A stretch of 64,000 nt of DNA from Candidatus Omnitrophota bacterium (lineage in GTDB: Bacteria; Omnitrophota; Gorgyraeia; Gygaellales; Profunditerraquicolaceae): the NCBI GenBank assembly GCA_041653035.1, contig JBAZGE010000002.1, forward strand, positions 17,451-81,450, in the 5' to 3' direction. The notes beneath the pieces are model-generated. The model worked only from the letters and a program-made list of their open reading frames with translations. It was not told where the DNA came from and ran no database searches. The position numbers and the translations under genes are program-made. Of the stretch, positions 59,634 through 64,000 are shown in pieces (the stretch's first letter is position 1; each line of letters begins with the position of its first letter).

Positions 59634-62600
59634 ATGATACAAAGCTTTAATAACAAAACCGAAAAAGCCGGCGATGATTTTAAAAAGAACCTCGGTAAAG
59701 ACAGCCGTTTACAAGTCGCGGCTGGTATTTTTACGATATATGGGTTTGAATGTCTCAGCGCCGAATTGAAAAAGATCGATAAATTGAATTTTATTTTCAC
59801 AGATCCCACTTTCATCGAAGTTGACAAAAATCGGCGCGAAAAGAAACAATTTCAAATCAAGGCCGACTTCCGGCAAAAAGCTATCAGCGGATCAGAGTTT
59901 GAAATACATTTAAAGAATGAACTCAAGGGGAAGGCGATCGCAAGGGAATGCAAAAAATGGATTGAGGAGAAAGCATCTTTTAAGGCAAATATTGCCAATA
60001 AATATATCCAGCCGCATATAACCCTTGAGAACGGTGAGAATAAATATGTGTACATGGGGATTAATGAATTTAGCAGTGCCGGGTTCGGCTACGAAAAAGA
60101 CAATTCCGTTCTGCATCAGATAATTAAGACAGACGATTATGAAGCAACTAAGCAGTACATCCAAAACTTTGAAGAAGTATGGAATGATGAAAAGATAGTA
60201 AAGAACGTAACCGACGAGGTTCTCGGATATATCGCGGACCTTTATAAGGAAAACTCCCCGGAATTTATCTATTACTTGACGCTCTATAATATTTTTGATG
60301 AGTTTTTGGAGGACATTTCCGAGGATGAACTCGCAAATGAGAAAACCGGCTTTAAGAATTCTGTAATTTGGAACAAGCTCTACGATTTTCAAAAAGACGC
60401 CGCTTTAGGAATTGTTAACAAATTAGAACGGCATAATGGGTGTATTCTTGCAGATAGTGTTGGCCTCGGGAAAACTTTTTCAGCCATAGCTGTCATTAAA
60501 TATTATCAGGAGAGAAACCGCACTGTACTCGTGCTTTGTCCGAAAAGGCTGGGAGATAATTGGCGGACTTTCTTGAACAATTATGATGACAATCCCTTGT
60601 TTAGGGATCGCTTGAATTATCATGTCCTGTATCACACGGATTTATCCAGAGATCAGGGGCAATCAAACGGTATTGATCTGTCCAGAGTCAATTGGGGTAA
60701 TTATGATCTGGTCGTGATCGATGAATCGCATAATTTTAGAAATAATGACCCTCGAAAAGATAGAGTGACACGATACCAGAGACTGCTGAACGATGTCATG
60801 AAGGCCGGGGTTAAGACAAAAGTTCTTATGCTTTCAGCGACGCCGGTCAACAACAGGTTTACGGACTTAAAAAATCAGATCGCTCTGGCCTGTGAAGGCG
60901 AAACAAATATTGCTGACGGGAGGATGGATACAGATAAATCGATTGATACCATACTGACAAATGCGCAGAGGGTTTTCAATGATTGGTCAAAATTGCCGGT
61001 TGAAGAACGCACCAGTCAAGAGTTGTTGAAGCGGCTTAATGCGAATTTTGATTTCTTCAAGTTGCTTGACAGCGTCACAATAGCCCGAAGCCGGAAACAT
61101 ATAGAAAAGTATTACGATATCAATAAGATCGGGAAATTTCCCAACAGGTTAAAACCGATTACCCACCACGCCGATATTACAGACCTTGAAGGGTTTATTG
61201 AAATATCGGAGCTTTACAAAGAACTCTCAAGGTTGTCAATGGCCATCTACTCTCCGACTGAATATATTTTGGACAGCAAGCGGCAATTTTATAGCGATCT
61301 TTATGATACAAAGCTGGAACAGGCAAGCTTTAAGCAGGCCCATCGCGAGAAGAACCTCCAAACCCTTATGAGGGTAAATTTCCTTAAACGGCTTGAAAGT
61401 TCAGTGGATTCATTCAGGATCACTCTTGGCAAATTTATCAGTGAGATCGAGCGGATTATCAATAAGATTGGGGAGTTCGAAAAAAACGGGGCTCAAGGAT
61501 CGGTTGAGGCTATTCAGTTCGGCGATATCAATCTCGATGCTGATAGTGACGACTGGTTAAACGATGAATTTAGCGTCGGAGGTAAGGTTAGGGTTAACTT
61601 GGAGGATATGAATACAACAGGGTGGAAGCAGGATTTGGAGGCCGATGTTTTTGTTGCCAACGCAATATTCAGAGAGATGGAAAAGGTAACCCCCGAACAT
61701 GATACGAAACTCCGAGATCTGAAAGCATTCATCAAAAACAAGCTGAGATCCCCTGTCAATCCCGGAAATAGAAAAATTCTGATATTCAGTGCTTTTGCGG
61801 ATACGGTGAATTATCTATACGAAAATCTTGCCGGGTACAATAAAACGCTTGGCCTTGAGACCGCAAAATTGACAGGATCAGATGAGAACAAGACCACACT
61901 AAAGTTAAACAACAACTTCAATAATATTCTGATCAATTTCTCCCCGCGATCCAAGGAGCGCAGAGATAAGTCAGCCCCGGAAATAGACATCTTAATAGCG
62001 ACGGACTGTATTTCCGAAGGGCAGAACCTGCAGGATTGCGACATGCTGATTAATTATGATATTCATTGGAATCCAGTGCGCATTATTCAGCGGTTTGGCC
62101 GTATAGACAGGATCGGGTCAACGAATAAAGATATTCAGCTGGTCAACTTCTGGCCGCAGTTATCCCTTGATGATTATATAAATCTGAAAAACCGGGTTGA
62201 AAACAAGATGTTTATCGTCGATGCGACAGCAACCGGTGAAGATAACGTTCTGACCAATAAATCTTCGGATCTGTTATTTAGGAAGAAACAGCTGGAAAGA
62301 TTGCAGGAAGAGGTTGTTGATATCGAAGATATGGGCTCAGGCGTTTCAATTACCGATCTAGGGCTGAATGATTTCCGCATGGATTTAGTGAACTACATCA
62401 AAGAGAATGGAAGTCTTGCGAACGTTGCTAATGGGATGCATGCGGTTTGCAAAAAAGACATAGAGCGTGGTATAGAAGAAGGAGTTATTTTTGTTTTAAA
62501 AAATATAAACAACGAAGTAAATATTGATAAAACCAATCAGCTTCATCCGTTTTATTTAGTGTACATAACTGCCAATGGGGAGATTTCTTCAAATCATTTG

Positions 62601-62876
62601 GACGTGAAAACCACGCTGGATATCCTTCGCGCGCTTTGTAAAGGCAACAGCGAACCCCTAAAAGACGTATACGAAGTGTTTAACGATGAGACTGACGACG
62701 GCAAGAATATGGCCAAGTATTCCGGATTGCTGAACAAGGCTATCGAATCCGTGCTTCATGTGAAGGATGAAAGCGACGTGGACAGTCTTTTTACGGCGGG
62801 AGGCACCACCGCGCTCATGAACAATATAAAGGGCCTTGAGGATTTTGAACTTTTGACTTTTGTGGTGATCAAATAA
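59634..62876 (+). CDS. SNF2-family (SF2, DExH) helicase, 1080 aa, with uncharacterised about 240-aa N-terminal and about 250-aa C-terminal domains
   Basis: Motif I LADSVGLGKT, II VIDESHNFRN, III LSATPVNN, VI QRFGRIDRIGS. Confidence 0.85.
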   Translation: MIQSFNNKTEKAGDDFKKNLGKDSRLQVAAGIFTIYGFECLSAELKKIDKLNFIFTDPTFIEVDKNRREKKQFQIKADFRQKAISGSEFEIHLKNELKGKAIARECKKWIEEKASFKANIANKYIQPHITLENGENKYVYMGINEFSSAGFGYEKDNSVLHQIIKTDDYEATKQYIQNFEEVWNDEKIVKNVTDEVLGYIADLYKENSPEFIYYLTLYNIFDEFLEDISEDELANEKTGFKNSVIWNKLYDFQKDAALGIVNKLERHNGCILADSVGLGKTFSAIAVIKYYQERNRTVLVLCPKRLGDNWRTFLNNYDDNPLFRDRLNYHVLYHTDLSRDQGQSNGIDLSRVNWGNYDLVVIDESHNFRNNDPRKDRVTRYQRLLNDVMKAGVKTKVLMLSATPVNNRFTDLKNQIALACEGETNIADGRMDTDKSIDTILTNAQRVFNDWSKLPVEERTSQELLKRLNANFDFFKLLDSVTIARSRKHIEKYYDINKIGKFPNRLKPITHHADITDLEGFIEISELYKELSRLSMAIYSPTEYILDSKRQFYSDLYDTKLEQASFKQAHREKNLQTLMRVNFLKRLESSVDSFRITLGKFISEIERIINKIGEFEKNGAQGSVEAIQFGDINLDADSDDWLNDEFSVGGKVRVNLEDMNTTGWKQDLEADVFVANAIFREMEKVTPEHDTKLRDLKAFIKNKLRSPVNPGNRKILIFSAFADTVNYLYENLAGYNKTLGLETAKLTGSDENKTTLKLNNNFNNILINFSPRSKERRDKSAPEIDILIATDCISEGQNLQDCDMLINYDIHWNPVRIIQRFGRIDRIGSTNKDIQLVNFWPQLSLDDYINLKNRVENKMFIVDATATGEDNVLTNKSSDLLFRKKQLERLQEEVVDIEDMGSGVSITDLGLNDFRMDLVNYIKENGSLANVANGMHAVCKKDIERGIEEGVIFVLKNINNEVNIDKTNQLHPFYLVYITANGEISSNHLDVKTTLDILRALCKGNSEPLKDVYEVFNDETDDGKNMAKYSGLLNKAIESVLHVKDESDVDSLFTAGGTTALMNNIKGLEDFELLTFVVIK

Positions 62877-62903
62877 TTGTGAATGGTGAGTTATGAATTA
62901 TAA

Positions 62904-63272
62904 ATGGGTAAAATTATGAGAGAAAACGTTATAAAGAATAAGAGTTTTAATTTTGCACTGAGGATTGTGAATCTATTTAAGTTTTTGCAGGATAAGAAGG
63001 AATTTGTGCTGTCAAAGCAGATCTTGAGAAGTGGGACAGCCGTTGGGGCTATGGTTCGGGAAGCGGAACACGCTGAAAGCAAAGCCGATTTTATTCATAA
63101 AATGTCAATCGCCCAAAAGGAAGCAAATGAAACTTTGTATTGGTTGGAGCTTTTATATCAATCAGATTATTTAGAAAAAAACATGTTTGACTCGGTGGAA
63201 TCGGATTTAATCGAAATACAAAAATTGCTTTCATCAATTCTTATCAGTTCTAAAGCTAAGGTGAATGAATGA
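62904..63272 (+). CDS. Four-helix-bundle protein (23S rRNA intervening-sequence-protein family)
   Basis: FNFALRIVNLFKFL....EFVLSKQILRSGTAVGAMVREAEHAESKADFIHKMSIAQKEANETLYWLELL matches the family pattern; such genes are commonly embedded in restriction-modification operons. Confidence 0.7.
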   Translation: MGKIMRENVIKNKSFNFALRIVNLFKFLQDKKEFVLSKQILRSGTAVGAMVREAEHAESKADFIHKMSIAQKEANETLYWLELLYQSDYLEKNMFDSVESDLIEIQKLLSSILISSKAKVNE

Positions 63273-63922
63273 AGGATTCACAATTTACAATTCATAATTT
63301 ACCATTACCAAAAGAGGCTTTTGTAAATAAGTTTATCGCCAAGACTAAGTTTTACGAAAAGGCGGCTTTAGGGGCAAAGTTACAGAAAGAATTTATAGAT
63401 AAAATTCAAAAGATCACATGGAAATATAAACTGGCGGAAAGCACCATAGGCATCACAAAGACAGCCAAGGTGACCGAGATACAGATATTTGAAATTGAGC
63501 TTAAAGAGCAAGTGATACCCAAAAATGTCTTACGGATCATTGATAAAACGATTCCTTATCAGATATTGTACCGGTTTATTTATAAAGAAAATGTCGCCTA
63601 TGCGGTCACATTAAAAGAGAGCGGTATAGAGAATTATTATTTTTCCGGCTGGAATGAGGGCAAGAGCTTTGATTTTACCGGCATTGATCTGGAGAAGGTG
63701 TACCAGAAGATCATCAAGGCGTTTATAACAAGTGAGGCAAAAGCAAAAACCAGTTTCAATGAAATTATAGACACCGACAATAAGATAAAAGCGATAGAAA
63801 ACGAGATAACCGCTTTAGAGAGCAAAATATCAAAAGAAAAGCAGTTTAACCGCAAGGTTGAGCTGAACAAAATATTGCTGGAGAGAAAAGCCCAGCTTAA
63901 GAAGATTAAAGAGGAGTTATAA
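63269..63922 (+). CDS. DUF4391-like protein
   Basis: Identification from memory of the family and its recurrent helicase/methyltransferase neighbourhood, not from a search. About 217 aa, C-terminal coiled coil. Start overlaps the previous stop by 4 nt. Confidence 0.45.
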   Translation: MKDSQFTIHNLPLPKEAFVNKFIAKTKFYEKAALGAKLQKEFIDKIQKITWKYKLAESTIGITKTAKVTEIQIFEIELKEQVIPKNVLRIIDKTIPYQILYRFIYKENVAYAVTLKESGIENYYFSGWNEGKSFDFTGIDLEKVYQKIIKAFITSEAKAKTSFNEIIDTDNKIKAIENEITALESKISKEKQFNRKVELNKILLERKAQLKKIKEEL

Positions 63923-63925
63923 GAA

Positions 63926-64000
63926 TGGATAAAATGAAGATGCGTACCCCGGATATGACAGATAAGAATATCGAGCGCCTCGCCGAACTTTTCCCGAATA
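63926..64000 (+). CDS. Start of a DNA methyltransferase-like gene (N-terminus MDKMKMRTPDMTDKNIERLAELFPN), truncated by window end
   Basis: The N-terminal NIE+L+ELFP motif is characteristic of large Eco57I-like N6-adenine methyltransferases as I recall them; only 25 codons are visible. Confidence 0.35.

Overview
This 64 kb window is a dense, mostly plus-strand bacterial chromosomal segment with core-gene GC of roughly 50-60%. The gene content is consistent with an anaerobic, probably uncultivated-lineage bacterium, but no taxonomic call is possible from sequence alone. Main blocks, all read from the sequence by eye with no database searches:

- **1-9.9 kb:** a purine and one-carbon cluster: purF (5'-truncated), purM, an SPFH protein, purD, purE, a TsaC/YrdC-LMW-PTP fusion, rpiB, glyA, dCMP deaminase, nrdR, a bifunctional nuclease and a YfcE-like phosphoesterase.
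- **10-14 kb:** CCA-adding enzyme, a CheC-like protein, nitroreductase and small membrane proteins.
- **14.4-24.1 kb:** a polysaccharide-utilisation-like locus with a CUT1 ABC binding protein, two permeases and no ATPase, two paralogous clan GH-A TIM-barrel hydrolase-like proteins, a lipoprotein with two tandem about 180-aa CBM-like domains, and a TPR-like secreted protein.
- **24.1-29.1 kb:** PilZ, tRNA-fMet, ftsB, eno, ftsH.
- **29.1-34.6 kb, minus strand:** an rnfC-G-D-E-A-B operon translationally coupled to purN.
- **34.6-46 kb:** MFS transporter, tRNA-Thr, ROK and LacI regulators, class II B12-dependent RNR (nrdJ), archaeal-type apgM, mnmG.
- **46-51.3 kb:** a short QueG-like protein, a compact YdbH / YnbE-YdbL-like module, a PiT transporter with its DUF47 partner, nadE.
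- **51.3-58.7 kb:** an Lrp/AsnC regulator followed by an aminotransferase, glnA, a GAF-ANTAR protein, a PAS/HD-GYP protein, DUF488, and a polyprenyl-phosphate sugar transferase.
- **Last 5 kb:** an abrupt drop in GC after a 675-bp AT-rich non-coding junction, then an island encoding a small excisionase-type HTH protein, a 1080-aa SNF2-family helicase with uncharacterised N- and C-terminal domains, a four-helix-bundle protein, a DUF4391-like protein and the start of an Eco57I-like DNA methyltransferase, cut by the window end.

The island is the best candidate here for an undescribed defence or DNA-modification system.

Several non-coding repeat families stand out:
- 9-nt periodic TCGTTA/TAACGA arrays forming the leaders of two tRNA-maturation genes;
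- a conserved palindromic terminator module present twice, with a compensatory change;
- a 115-200 bp intergenic element present twice;
- an AAGCTGYACC hairpin family;
- a hexanucleotide repeat inside a hairpin between rnfD and rnfE;
- a four-site operator array upstream of the Lrp gene.
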